The notes beneath the pieces were generated by a model. It saw only the letters and a list, made by a program, of their open reading frames with translations, was not told the DNA's origin and did no database searches. Positions 21,601 to 30,546 of a stretch of DNA of 54,883 bases are shown piece by piece. This stretch comes from a virus (taxonomy: Duplodnaviria > Caudoviricetes): IMG/VR virus record IMGVR_UViG_3300008110_000071, positions 1 to 54,883 of that record; one strand, 5' to 3'. The number at the start of each line of letters is the position of its first letter. The stretch's first letter is position 1. Made by a program: the position numbers and the translations under genes.

Positions 21601-23713
21601 TACAATTTTGCTCATTAATTTCACTAAAATTAACTAAAGTTAATTGCTTTCCAACAATGCTAGAAATTTGTGCAGAAAATCCACTACCAATATTTCCCAC
21701 ATTGCTTATAATTAATTTATCATTTACTTTATAGTTAGTTCCTGCGTTTTCTATAATTACACTATCTATTTTTCCACTATTATATTGACTAGATTTTAAT
21801 ATAGTTTTATTAAATTTTAACGATGGAACTTCTAACTCATATACATCATTTGAGTACAGTCTACCCCCATCTTCAATAATTGGAGCTGATGGTAGTGCAT
21901 GTAATCGTAATAGAACTGGAGTAGAATTTCTATCTCCATTAACATAACCTTTAATAAAATATGTAAGTTCTCCAGAAGTTAAACAATTTCTACCATATAG
22001 ATGGATATCACTGCCAGATACTACACTAACAGTTCCATTTCCCACTAAAGTACAATTTAAAAATTGAGTATTATTTTTACTTTGGTAGTTTATTATTGTA
22101 TTATTTACAAACAATTTCCCATTAGTCTTTGGAAAATTGAAAGTTGATTCTACTGAAATAGTAGAATTTGATGATGATGTAATATTATTAGTAGTAGAAG
22201 TAACTTTTGTTGATGATGGAAGATATAAATTTTTATACTTTAGTGATTTTTGTAATTCAAACTCATATAAAACATCACTTATTTTTGAAATTTCAGAAAC
22301 TACTAATGATGTACCTGGAATATTATTAGCAGAATCTTTAGATTGCACCAATTCAATTAAATTTATACCATCTAAATTTGATATTGGACTATAATTAGAT
22401 ATCAACTCACAACGTACAGCTATTTTTTCGTAAAATACTGCAGAAGATGGTTTAAATACATAATTTTTTGGATATTCTATAGTAGGATTTTCAGAAATAA
22501 TCTCAATAGCAGGATTTCCTTCTTTGTTGATATCTGTTACTGGATATGCTTTTGAAATAAATGCTCTTGGATTTTCCCCACCTTCTCCAATAATTTTGTC
22601 ATCAATTTTAAAATATCCAATAACATCATACAAAATTAGTTCATTTGTGCCAGAATCCCAGGTATCTACTTTTGCAGTTCCGGTAGTGACTCCATTTGAA
22701 TCTACATTATAAATTTGTTGATCTTGAATAAATGTTCTTGGTCTTATTCTTGCACTAATTGGACCAATATAATTTTCTCCTTCATTTATAACTGAGACCT
22801 GAGTAATAGCACCAGATGAATTCATCTGAGTTACTTTCATTTGAGCTGAAACTGGCACAACAACTTCACCTGGCATTTTTTTACCAATACCAGAACCAAT
22901 AATTTCAATTAATGGTTCGGCAACCAAGTTGCCATTGTCTAATTCGTAATAATAATTATTGCCGCCAGAAATTAAAGTAAATGTATCAATTTTTCCTGTG
23001 TAATTTAAAATATCAATGACCGCACCAGAACCTCTAGGCGTGAGACGTATCTTTACCTTCTTATCGTTAAATAAAATTCTGAATAAAATTTTATGAGATT
23101 CTTCACTTCCTTTAGCGGAATAAAAAGATTTTATATTTTTTAAAAATGTGATTAAATTTAGATCTTTTGCTAATACTTCTGGTAGGATTGGAGAAATTTC
23201 AGATTTTATTCTCTTTAAAAATTCCTGAGTAAAATAATATGCAATATTAACTACTTGAGATCCACCAGCATGAGAAACAGCGACAGAACCTTGTTTATAT
23301 ACTACCTGATTATATGGAACACTTTCAAACACAAACGCAGAAGTTCCACGAACACAGTCAATAAATTGAGTTGCGGTTTTTTCCTTGTAAAAAATTATTT
23401 CTCCATCAATTGAAAGATACCCATTTTTGTCGGGAAATCCTTTAGTGGATATTACGGTGATAATATCAGAACTATCTGTTAAATGAGATTGTAAATTTGT
23501 ATATTGTGTTAAACTAGCTAGAGTATAACTTCCAATATTATAATAATTAATTAAGTTAGTAACTAAATCTAACGAATTATACTTGGTTTCCTGAGATTCA
23601 TAATATGAATTTAAAAATGAAATGAATTTTGGATTATCTTGGGAAACAAAGTTTGGTAACTGCTTTTCAATCAGTGAAGAAATATTTACAATTTTTTCCT
23701 TTAGACTGTTCAT
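15671..23713 (-). CDS. gp7: Baseplate wedge initiator, very large with internal repeats
   Basis: QLPNFV..DNPKFISFL..YYES, KNIKSFYSAKGSEESHKILFRILF, QDWSY, HVSGFKVFG; position between gp6 and gp8. Confidence 0.85.
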   Translation of the reverse strand: MNSLKEKIVNISSLIEKQLPNFVSQDNPKFISFLNSYYESQETKYNSLDLVTNLINYYNIGSYTLASLTQYTNLQSHLTDSSDIITVISTKGFPDKNGYLSIDGEIIFYKEKTATQFIDCVRGTSAFVFESVPYNQVVYKQGSVAVSHAGGSQVVNIAYYFTQEFLKRIKSEISPILPEVLAKDLNLITFLKNIKSFYSAKGSEESHKILFRILFNDKKVKIRLTPRGSGAVIDILNYTGKIDTFTLISGGNNYYYELDNGNLVAEPLIEIIGSGIGKKMPGEVVVPVSAQMKVTQMNSSGAITQVSVINEGENYIGPISARIRPRTFIQDQQIYNVDSNGVTTGTAKVDTWDSGTNELILYDVIGYFKIDDKIIGEGGENPRAFISKAYPVTDINKEGNPAIEIISENPTIEYPKNYVFKPSSAVFYEKIAVRCELISNYSPISNLDGINLIELVQSKDSANNIPGTSLVVSEISKISDVLYEFELQKSLKYKNLYLPSSTKVTSTTNNITSSSNSTISVESTFNFPKTNGKLFVNNTIINYQSKNNTQFLNCTLVGNGTVSVVSGSDIHLYGRNCLTSGELTYFIKGYVNGDRNSTPVLLRLHALPSAPIIEDGGRLYSNDVYELEVPSLKFNKTILKSSQYNSGKIDSVIIENAGTNYKVNDKLIISNVGNIGSGFSAQISSIVGKQLTLVNFSEINEQNCIVFTTSENHGLLVGDKVKFNANLGNQTVFSVISTTKFAVENLTNLTTLSLENISYITNSLTALGPINTINISNYGKNYSKLPEVIGINSQFGTGALIQLNSSEVGKLTKFTYDSVGNELIGNKNTKYQLKIPNSAKLINNFELDSIEVLDGGNNYNSSLDKITVNGVIDLNYEFEIIADSGIIRKVNVLKSKYNLTSFPTIGVQSQFGFGATFNSKLKRKQLNQGDILTFGTPTSNVKAEVVKFDSQSSTLEYYVISGTISNGDAIYDPLGVLYGNIQSISNASVYCKRSPYIKYTPKFLDNLGFVSDSSQKIIDSDYTQDWSYTITSNRNTSEWKNQVLDNTHVSGFKVFGKHRIENKREFFETKEEVFNSSVIFKSTLNNLIDLTVNLPKSNLLKIAVFDASSFLVSDIVYGSFSKSFGIITAINENYITINVISDVEFELGEYIFKVPLEFINQNASETNYGISFCNGVYQLPYESYYLTESDYIPRFTVSSSDNIILQRIQSPFQILTTTLFSNQVTLTANSSPVVPSSKEQLIISINGVVQAQTAFTLSGNILTFNSITLSEADNLNVLYHPNLKALTFTGAGANYTINYTPSTTCNLMIFVNGVYQTHLSPLANYSLSGNQLIFSNLINNPFVNLVGWYIDENVTCSIVDIGDINTRKIIDVKPINLQKLTEYLEANSSKSPKSTYEITKNLLDGTVYTENSDTVYGIDTKFMYSSPEYSTSYVEVLNPIIFNGFSKTFNLTYRNGLTYTPINGEINLIVNIDNNVLDHDQYSVTGSSITFVQTYTSSNKCTIIDFNSKYFANNLTSKGANLDRLNVVQNSSRKTFNLSDKGVPQYTNNTGDVFAIKNNSLLRPDLQTHSVSQNKITFQTAPANSDTYNILRFNRQLSPANTKNVLLDTLQFFDGIRTTWPISIDGILFTPISVYHLFVVRNGVYQKPGIDYTISGSNITFSDAPLLTDNIYCYYAYNGINQNFAIDTFKQIDGVRTTFALTTNYVSSQVYSSSNLIITRNGVYQKPDVDYTIGGNSNARYIQFDSPLTTQEPLHIVNYKSNDLVNITNRFTQYNTTTLQYTSQTPAVDINTLLIFVNGTLQVGNSWSFDSGTNRLIFAGFVSLSFDNVTILAFQNQKRTFDTITTVSGVETYSLQINGSPIATEPPINSDLIVSINGVYQLPTTSYSVSGSLITIPGILAGSEVHIYQIGSNETEIIDDFDDNYSKSTYKLLSNYSSVNPVEISDILLLRNGIVQNPEVDYTTGNGFITFTTNITVEDDIYLLYCHGNDKISITNINGTTITLASSIPPEQYKNIIVYLDGTNQFYNDNFTISGNTITLSENIPITNAFVIKTVATTTIDKFDDYTDGYRTKFRTYYNNNNLVVADIVTDADILVSINGRIQHPGVQYTLSSQRGMVYFTQPPNPTDVIFMVRMHGNTVVNLTATGTANRYTLSQSISTAERSNLCIFGTTQWCFEELQNFSYVNTNNVDLNITQNISSTLFGIKFEGLIKLLDQINTPYNGVNTKFNMFLNEQNFTPVGTIENDSIASESSIIITKNGKILDPGVDYTLQGDNNSQIQFTTAPVSTDIISVKSVGSFLKLQTITSGFGGKVYNLKKIDATDYYPNAVIERPRKHENQILVIKNGNIQSPLYDYYIDNNKIVFTNNITGTNKLTILDFRGTYSDVNTTDISYQISPGDTLAIDGEENSRIVTSVLSPTVLKTEPYTGNKASGFSANTTIANGKVTSFNITAGGNNYTDPVILVAKGSGYNAVGSATIDINSGNAVVGPVKIQIEGYDQYVNPTVVATAYSYVEQQNLTSKSSVTFATKLNETMNSSQEFVKIFNSYRFGSSNIQITVNSSTGSGATFIPFVSNGRVTKVQLINGGSNYNEKDIEIKVVGGGGFGCIIEPVLNSSGTITSINLKNKGEGYDSYKVIIDSEIIEYTIINTDEAYPRLFGCTRGSNATSHTQNTLVYFDGFI

Positions 23714-25878
23714 GAGCAGATATCTGGGGTAACTGGAGTAAAGTCTTCAATAGTTGGATCTGGTGGTGGACATCCATATTCTGCAAGCTTTTGCTTGGTA
23801 TCATTATCCATGTAGTTTTGAGCTTGAATTTTATTATATAGTGCAATGCAAGGATCTACTGGATCTGTTGGTTGCTCTATAGTTTGGCTACCATCTGGAT
23901 TTGTTGTTGTCGCAGTTCCATCATCACCAACTACTGTAACACTTCCATCTGGATTGTTAGTTGTAGTTCCAGGAACATTAGAAACTGGAGGAATTCCTAA
24001 TGGATCACCAATTGGCGTTGTAGGTGGAACTAAAGTATCTGGAGTTGGTAATGGCTGAACAGTACTAGTTTGGGATCCAGTAGAAGATCCTATATCAATA
24101 TAATCCACTTTAATTGGAGTAACTACTGGATATGTGTCGGCTCCTGTGGTTATATCTGGATTATCTGGAATAACATAGATATTTATCGGGGAGGTCTGAC
24201 ATGCAGTTAGGGAAAATTCTACTAATCCAAGTTCATAATCTATAGTTCCTACAATTGCTACGACTCTTCCCTTTTCGGTCATTAAGTATACTGTTCCATC
24301 TTTTTCACAACCAGAAAAATTATTGGAAAATCCAACTAAAAATAGCGGAGTATTATACCCCTTAACGCAGAATGGATCACTGATTAAAGTATACTTACTA
24401 TCAATATTATTTTTTAGTCTAGTATAGTAATCTAAGGTATACCTATAGCGTACATTTTCAAATAACTGAACGATTCTTCTAAATATTGGCTTTACAACGA
24501 CAAACTTAACTGCTGGTTCGATATCTCTAATAAGACAAATTAATTTAGATGATGAAAATAGACCATTGAAATTTTTAAACTCATCATCTAAATTATAATC
24601 TGATATAATTTGTCTTGTTAAATTGATAAGAGTTAATTTATCTTTATTTGTTTTACTCTGATCATAAATGACATCAATGTATAAGTCAATGAAGAATGGA
24701 ATAGCATCTTCTATAACTGGAGTTACAGAACCTACTGCATATTTCTTCAATTCATTGACAATTTTGGTTTTTTCTACAATTGAAATAGTGGAGCCAATCT
24801 TTGGCTTGATTGAGATGAAAACTTTACCAAATTCTGGAGGTGATTTAGTTTCTCCGCCAATAACCCTAATCAAATCTGCATTTGAGTAAATATTTTGCAG
24901 GATGCTTTCATAGTCACTATTTACTACTGCTCTTTGCTGAGATGCATAATATCTAGGGGCTCTATATTTTATTGATTTGATTGATTCAAACTCGGATCCA
25001 CCATCAGTTTTTGCACTGAGTGCAGTTACTGCAATATTTGTAGGAGATATAACTGCGGAATCGCCAGTTATAGTACCAATGAATTTTAATTGTGAAGTTG
25101 CAATCTGATTTGCGACAGATCCACTAGACACAATATATCTAATAATAACAATTTCACCGTTTTGTAGTTTTCTTCCAATTATATCGTCTCCAAAAATAAT
25201 TTCGTATTTTTGATCTTGAACTTCTTCAACAAAAAATACTCTATCTGATGCAGTTATACCTACAATACCAAGTTTTCGTTGATATTCAACTTCTAAATTT
25301 GTTGATGGATCTGAAATTATAAAAACTTTAATAGAATCTGCATCTACAAAGTTATTTGGGACAAAAAAACGTTGGTTTTCGTTGGCATCATTTACAGTGT
25401 ATCTAATGCTAAATTCGGAGCCCTCGACTAACTCTATATTTTGAACTGTTACTGAAGAACTTCCTTGAGTATTTACATTCAGCGCATTTCTAAGTAAAAA
25501 TGTATATACTTTATTATTTTGAGTTGTTGAAAATAGTGGCCCAGCACTAATATTTACTGATTGATAATTTTGAACATTATTTACTGTAATATTATAATTT
25601 ACTTTTGCTGAAGTATATGAATTTGGTGTATATCCTAATCTCTTTGCATGTGAAACTACATTATCACGAAGAACTGCAGTATCTAAGTTAAGTTCATTAG
25701 CCGCCATATTGATGTTATATGACGAATACATGCTATTATACGCTAAAATATCCACTAACATGGATAAGTTAGATCCTTCAAAATCGTAATCTTGGAAATC
25801 AGTCTTACTTCTGATAAAATTTTTAATGGATTCTCTGATTTGATTAAATTCTAAAGCAGAGATAGTAGGTAGTTCCAT
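23710..25878 (-). CDS. gp6: Baseplate wedge subunit
   Basis: LEFNQIRESIK, FQDYDFEGSNLSMLVDILAYN, SIKYRAPRYYASQQRAV, PPEFGKVFISIKP. Confidence 0.95.
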   Translation of the reverse strand: MELPTISALEFNQIRESIKNFIRSKTDFQDYDFEGSNLSMLVDILAYNSMYSSYNINMAANELNLDTAVLRDNVVSHAKRLGYTPNSYTSAKVNYNITVNNVQNYQSVNISAGPLFSTTQNNKVYTFLLRNALNVNTQGSSSVTVQNIELVEGSEFSIRYTVNDANENQRFFVPNNFVDADSIKVFIISDPSTNLEVEYQRKLGIVGITASDRVFFVEEVQDQKYEIIFGDDIIGRKLQNGEIVIIRYIVSSGSVANQIATSQLKFIGTITGDSAVISPTNIAVTALSAKTDGGSEFESIKSIKYRAPRYYASQQRAVVNSDYESILQNIYSNADLIRVIGGETKSPPEFGKVFISIKPKIGSTISIVEKTKIVNELKKYAVGSVTPVIEDAIPFFIDLYIDVIYDQSKTNKDKLTLINLTRQIISDYNLDDEFKNFNGLFSSSKLICLIRDIEPAVKFVVVKPIFRRIVQLFENVRYRYTLDYYTRLKNNIDSKYTLISDPFCVKGYNTPLFLVGFSNNFSGCEKDGTVYLMTEKGRVVAIVGTIDYELGLVEFSLTACQTSPINIYVIPDNPDITTGADTYPVVTPIKVDYIDIGSSTGSQTSTVQPLPTPDTLVPPTTPIGDPLGIPPVSNVPGTTTNNPDGSVTVVGDDGTATTTNPDGSQTIEQPTDPVDPCIALYNKIQAQNYMDNDTKQKLAEYGCPPPDPTIEDFTPVTPDICS

Positions 25879-25881
25879 TTA

Positions 25882-26298
25882 TTAACTTTCTCTTACGAGG
25901 ATAAAATCTACGGTTTGTACTATAGGTGGTAATCCAACAATAAAATAATCTATAATTACTTCAAACTCATTAGAGTCATCTTCTACATTAACTGTAATAT
26001 TATTAAGTGTTATTCTAGGTTCATAGCTGAGTAGTACAGTTTCAATTTCTTCAATCAATGAATTTGCAGAGAATGTAGTAGTTAACTCAAATAGGTAACT
26101 GGTGGTATCAGTTCCAATGAGAGGATTAAACAGTCTTTCTCCCAATTTAGTCAATACTAAATTTTTGACTGATTGCTTAATTGCCTCTTCATTTTTTAAT
26201 ACTACAAGGTCTTTAGTCACAGGATTTAGTCCAAAATTTAAACTAATGTCCTTAAATGACCTAGAAATTTTGCCTAACTCTTGTGAAACAGTTGACAT
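25882..26298 (-). CDS. gp25: Baseplate wedge subunit
   Basis: FKDISLNF..NPVTKDL, NEEAIKQSVKNLVLT..GERLFNP, YEPRI. Confidence 0.95.
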   Translation of the reverse strand: MSTVSQELGKISRSFKDISLNFGLNPVTKDLVVLKNEEAIKQSVKNLVLTKLGERLFNPLIGTDTTSYLFELTTTFSANSLIEEIETVLLSYEPRITLNNITVNVEDDSNEFEVIIDYFIVGLPPIVQTVDFILVRES

Positions 26299-26323
26299 TT
26301 AAATAAAGTACTATAATTATAAA

Positions 26324-26479
26324 CTATTTAGATGTATCTTCAAAGTATTCACAGTAATCTACAGAGTAGATTTTCTTCTTTTTCTTTGGCAAAGGAGCAT
26401 AATCTGTAATTAATCTTGTAGTTCCCCACATTTGCTTCATATATGTGGTATCCCTATCGGGATTTGGATGAATCGCCAT
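26324..26479 (-). CDS. Small conserved cyanophage hypothetical protein (51 aa, absent from track)
   Basis: MAIHPNPDRDTTYMKQMWGTTRLITDY...; GGAGA RBS upstream. Confidence 0.65.
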   Translation of the reverse strand: MAIHPNPDRDTTYMKQMWGTTRLITDYAPLPKKKKKIYSVDYCEYFEDTSK

Positions 26480-26540
26480 CTGTTTTCTCCAAAAAATGGG
26501 TCTAACAGAACTTTTAAAGGGGTTGCTATCCCTTCGGTAG

Positions 26541-26547
26541 TATTTAT
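26541..26547 (-). promoter_or_regulatory. Late promoter ATAAATA
   Basis: Immediately downstream of terminator 26551-26576. Confidence 0.6.
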
Positions 26548-26550
26548 GGA

Positions 26551-26576
26551 CAAAAAAAGGGGTCTTTCGACCCCGT
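26551..26576 (-). terminator. Rho-independent terminator
   Basis: GGGGTC-GAAA-GACCCC followed by T7 on - strand. Confidence 0.9.
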
Positions 26577-26583
26577 TTTAATA

Positions 26584-26727
26584 TTATTTTCCTTGTCCTC
26601 GGTAAGCTTTCTTGCGTCCATTACGACTTGAAGCAGAAAGTCGAGTGTTCTTTGAGCGCCCTTGACGGGTCATCTTGGGATTTCCTGGTGTGTAGCTAGA
26701 TTTGTTGAAACTGGGTGCTTTTGCCAT
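26584..26727 (-). CDS. Small basic conserved phage protein (47 aa, absent from track)
   Basis: MAKAPSFNKSSYTPGNPKMTRQGRSKNTRLSASSRNGRKKAYRGQGK. Confidence 0.7.
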   Translation of the reverse strand: MAKAPSFNKSSYTPGNPKMTRQGRSKNTRLSASSRNGRKKAYRGQGK

Positions 26728-26728
26728 G

Positions 26729-27052
26729 TTAGTTCACGAAAACGTTGGTGGGTACAGGTAGTATTGTACGTGGAGAAACGGTATTTGTCAAGTCCCCTAC
26801 GTGTGCGGATGGCCGACCATTAATAAAGACCTTGCTGGGGGCAATGATAGCCCTGGCAAGAGGAACACAAGTAGTGTCTGGGCATACAGGAAAGCCTGGA
26901 GCAGGGGTTAGAACGTCCCCTGCTTTGGCTCTGGGGCGGCCATTGGCAAATACCGTCGCCACGATAGGAGTGACGATATTTGGGGGGTAGACACAGCATG
27001 GTCTGAATGAAATGGAATCTGGATTTCCTAATCCTGCTATGGGTCTTGTCAT
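26729..27052 (-). CDS. PAAR spike-tip protein (gp5.4-like)
   Basis: VFANGRPRAKAGD, KVFINGRPSAHVGD, NVFVN end; Cys for metal binding. Confidence 0.85.
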   Translation of the reverse strand: MTRPIAGLGNPDSISFRPCCVYPPNIVTPIVATVFANGRPRAKAGDVLTPAPGFPVCPDTTCVPLARAIIAPSKVFINGRPSAHVGDLTNTVSPRTILPVPTNVFVN

Positions 27053-30000
27053 ACGTTTTTGTTCTGAATTGAAATTGGCCAGAATTGAGACAAGTAATTA
27101 TTTTTTTCATAACTATGGTAGGAATAATTGCTGTTTTCAAAAGGAGTCATTGTACTTTCAAACAAGTATACTTCTCCACTTTCTACAGCCCCTGATCCAT
27201 CAGATGTAGCAGTAAACACTGTTCCAACTGTATATCCATCTGGAGCACCATAATCTTTCCAGTTCACAGATCCAAGAGTCTTAATTATATATCTCACATT
27301 GGTTTCAATATCTCCAGTGTTTGCAGTTTTCACAAAAGCAGATGTGGTATCAAACATCTCTCTGGTACATTGTAAAAATTCTGTCTCAGTTTTATCTCTG
27401 TAATAGATAATCTCTTCACCCAGGTAATAATGATATAGGGTTTCATTTCTAGTTTCTGGGTTAATCTCTTTCTTTACAATGTATTTGGGAATAATCAAAT
27501 ATCCTGCAGAAATAAATTCGCTTGTACTATCAACTTTAATTGTAGTATCAGTTGATTTTAGCTCTTGTGTTAGCTTTGCATATGGAGGTTCATCCATATA
27601 TGGATTACCTTTATTCTTGACTGCACTAGAAAGATTCTTACTAACCTCGTTAACTCTAAAGTTTAAGATCTTCTTAAAGGTAACTTGATAGTTAGTATCA
27701 TCTCCATGCCAGAATGTAGTAGGAGCTGGTCCTGCTGCCCATGAAGTAATACTTCCACCTAGTGGTGGAGCAGGGAAAGGTACTGCAGAAATTGTTACTG
27801 TAGTGATAAAACCTTCACTATCAGTGTTAATATTTGCTTGCCAACCAGTTGCACTTGATGGAGTTACAGATCCAGTCCATCTAGGAATAGACTTAATTTG
27901 AATTTCAGTATTGTTTTCATCAGAATCTGGAAAAAGACCTGAATCACTAACGAAGCTAAAGTCTTCAATAATGTATTCAAGTGACTTGAACCTTGGTGGA
28001 ATACGATATGCAGCTTCAGTTTTATAGACTTGGCTTGATTTGTCCTCTCCTTCAATTAGTGGAGGTAGATTTGGAATGGTAGTTTGCTTTGGAACAGAAG
28101 CACCAATAGTAGAAATTGCTTTCAGTAGGGTATTTTGTAGTGAATTTTCATTGGAGATTATTTGTTTGTACATCTCTTCAGGCAAATTAATGCTAGAAAA
28201 GTCAAAACTACCACCAAGATTTGAGGTAACTATAGAGTCTAACTCTTCTTTACTGTAAGTTTTAGGTGTTTTTACGTCAATGCATGGGTCATACTTAGTA
28301 TCATTTTGTATCGGAGCGATATATTCATTAAAAGTATTGAATTCACTATGTGGATAGTAGACTTTTGAGTAGTCTGGGGTGACATTACTATCACATTCAG
28401 AGTCTTTAACTGCTAAAACAGTCTTATTACCAAGCTTTAGCTTCTCAGATTCAATGATTTCCTTCTGAACCGTAAGAAAATCAGAAGCAGTTAGGCGATC
28501 TATCCAACCTTTTAGCTCATTAATCTCTGCTGGTCTACTAAAATAAGTCCAGAAGATGTTGTTTAGTTGATATGCAGTGTCATTTGCAGCTGATACACAT
28601 AAAAACTTCTGCTGAATGTAGTTAGAACCATCATTTAAGACAACATTACCAAGTGTAAATTTACCTAAATCGTCTTCTAGGTAAGTAGATTCGCAGAATC
28701 CATCCCTAGAATAAAATAATGGAGTGTAAGTATAGAACTTTTTATCATTACTAACATAAACACCACAGACTGCAGACCTATCAATGATGCCTCTACCAGC
28801 AATAACTTGAATTCTATTGACTGGAATTAGTGCTTGACCTTGAACTCTAGTGACTGACCAGCCACGAACAAAGGTATTGACCTTATTACTGTCTCTTTTG
28901 AACCATACTTTGAAGCTTTTAGTGTTGACAAATTCAACTTTAGAAGCAAATATGAAAGAGTTTTCCACTCCAGATGCACTTTGATCATCTGTAATAGAAA
29001 TCTGAACATCATTTTTGCTGGTAATTGTAGTATTGTCTAGGAAAGTGACTAAGTAATACTTCCTACTTTCACTATCATTGGAACCACCTTCGTCGTTTTT
29101 ATTGATAGTTTCTACTTTAATATCCTTTGTTGTGGTCAGTTGTATGTTTTTGTTCTTTTTGTCATCAAAAACATGGTAAATCGTGCTTGTATACTGGGGA
29201 GTTGAGGGGGTAGACTTGGAATAGTACTGGTCTTTAACAAAAGGAGCACTACCGCCACTGATCTCAGCATAGCAAAGAATCTGGTTTGAGATATTATTAG
29301 CAAGACCAGTATTAGTAAACTTGACGTTTCTAACCTTTCTCTTGTTTTTATACTTCAGAGGTTTAGTAAGAAAGATCTTAAGTCCCTGAATACTCTCTAC
29401 GTAGGTATCACTCTGAATACCGTAGCCAGTTACTAAGTCTCCGATGTTGATAATTCTATCCTCTGCTCCATCGTTTTTGTTAATAAAGATAAACCCAGGA
29501 GTCTTGTTCTTCTCAGAAACCTTAGAGACTCTTCTTCTAACAGATTCTGTGGTTCTCAAAGACTTCTCATCAAAGTGCTCAGAGTTATAGTTGACTACTT
29601 TGTTGACTGTCCAGCCATTGATGACATCACCAACAGCAATCATATCTTTATTGGAAGTATTCTCATAGTAGAAGAATATCTTATTATCGAGTGTACCTCC
29701 ATGGTAAGCAACGCTTCCTTCAGGTAGGCCAATTACTTGACTGTCCACTCTATTGAGTGTGAATGTACCACTAACGCTGGTACTGGATGTTGCATAGACT
29801 GGGCATTCTGTAGTTTCTGTATTTCCATCATCAGGGGGAGTAGTTACAGTAATACCTCCCACAGGTCGTGCAGGAAGTGTGTGAGTTAAAGGCCACTCAA
29901 AAATATGGTAAAAGTATTGCTCATCATATACTTTGTCTGCCTTGCAGAATCGTTCATAAACTGGCTTACTCTTGATATTATCACCAGAACCAACAATTTC

Positions 30001-30294
30001 ATATTCTGGTTGATAAAATACTTGGTCAACAAAGTTTACATTATCACCGTTAGCGTTCTCTGCATCTAGAGCAGGAACTTGAATTACAGTGCGACGAAGC
30101 TTTTGCTGTTTACTTCCATTCTGAATAGTTTTATTTGCTAAACTAGGTGGCCTGACTTCGTACCAATATGGATCAATATATGGAAATTCTATCGTAATCT
30201 GAGCTGGTGGCCCTTCTTCTGGTGGAGGGCACTCTGGATATGTAAATGTAAGCTTTTTATTTACTGGGTCTTTCTTTGGACTACAATTAGTCAT
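27049..30294 (-). CDS. Large putative baseplate/virion structural protein
   Basis: Coupled to PAAR gene; LKSTDTTIKVDSTSEF..AGYL..GEEIIYY..KT.T.F..CTR module shared with gp7. Confidence 0.6.
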   Translation of the reverse strand: MTNCSPKKDPVNKKLTFTYPECPPPEEGPPAQITIEFPYIDPYWYEVRPPSLANKTIQNGSKQQKLRRTVIQVPALDAENANGDNVNFVDQVFYQPEYEIVGSGDNIKSKPVYERFCKADKVYDEQYFYHIFEWPLTHTLPARPVGGITVTTPPDDGNTETTECPVYATSSTSVSGTFTLNRVDSQVIGLPEGSVAYHGGTLDNKIFFYYENTSNKDMIAVGDVINGWTVNKVVNYNSEHFDEKSLRTTESVRRRVSKVSEKNKTPGFIFINKNDGAEDRIINIGDLVTGYGIQSDTYVESIQGLKIFLTKPLKYKNKRKVRNVKFTNTGLANNISNQILCYAEISGGSAPFVKDQYYSKSTPSTPQYTSTIYHVFDDKKNKNIQLTTTKDIKVETINKNDEGGSNDSESRKYYLVTFLDNTTITSKNDVQISITDDQSASGVENSFIFASKVEFVNTKSFKVWFKRDSNKVNTFVRGWSVTRVQGQALIPVNRIQVIAGRGIIDRSAVCGVYVSNDKKFYTYTPLFYSRDGFCESTYLEDDLGKFTLGNVVLNDGSNYIQQKFLCVSAANDTAYQLNNIFWTYFSRPAEINELKGWIDRLTASDFLTVQKEIIESEKLKLGNKTVLAVKDSECDSNVTPDYSKVYYPHSEFNTFNEYIAPIQNDTKYDPCIDVKTPKTYSKEELDSIVTSNLGGSFDFSSINLPEEMYKQIISNENSLQNTLLKAISTIGASVPKQTTIPNLPPLIEGEDKSSQVYKTEAAYRIPPRFKSLEYIIEDFSFVSDSGLFPDSDENNTEIQIKSIPRWTGSVTPSSATGWQANINTDSEGFITTVTISAVPFPAPPLGGSITSWAAGPAPTTFWHGDDTNYQVTFKKILNFRVNEVSKNLSSAVKNKGNPYMDEPPYAKLTQELKSTDTTIKVDSTSEFISAGYLIIPKYIVKKEINPETRNETLYHYYLGEEIIYYRDKTETEFLQCTREMFDTTSAFVKTANTGDIETNVRYIIKTLGSVNWKDYGAPDGYTVGTVFTATSDGSGAVESGEVYLFESTMTPFENSNYSYHSYEKNNYLSQFWPISIQNKNV

Positions 30295-30304
30295 ATTATT
30301 AGAA

Positions 30305-30487
30305 TTAATCTCCTACTTTATGTATGCGAATACCTGGAGTATCATGATGATCAAAATATTCAAATTCTAAAGTATCACCTTCTTGCCATTGCATTTCATC
30401 TACCAGCTCATCTGGAAATGTAATAAAATATTCACCTGTTTTATCGTCATATTGTACCTCAGTAGTAAACGAAGAAAATGTTGACAT
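30305..30487 (-). CDS. AbrB/MazE (SpoVT)-like small protein
   Basis: GEYFITFPDELVDEMQWQEGDTLEF. Confidence 0.7.
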   Translation of the reverse strand: MSTFSSFTTEVQYDDKTGEYFITFPDELVDEMQWQEGDTLEFEYFDHHDTPGIRIHKVGD

Positions 30488-30519
30488 ATGTGTATTTAAA
30501 ACTACAGTATATAGCCGAA

Positions 30520-30526
30520 ATAAATA
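30520..30526 (+). promoter_or_regulatory. Late promoter ATAAATA for the + strand operon
   Basis: ATAAATA 20 nt upstream of ATG 30547. Confidence 0.6.
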
Positions 30527-30546
30527 ATTAAAAATTTTTTAACCTA

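Noticed and set aside
960-28258. Short + strand ORFs inside structural genes
   Set aside because: Antisense shadows of well-supported T4 core genes
30305-30487. Toxin-antitoxin pair around the AbrB/MazE-like gene
   Set aside because: No adjacent co-oriented toxin; downstream gene is a large structural protein
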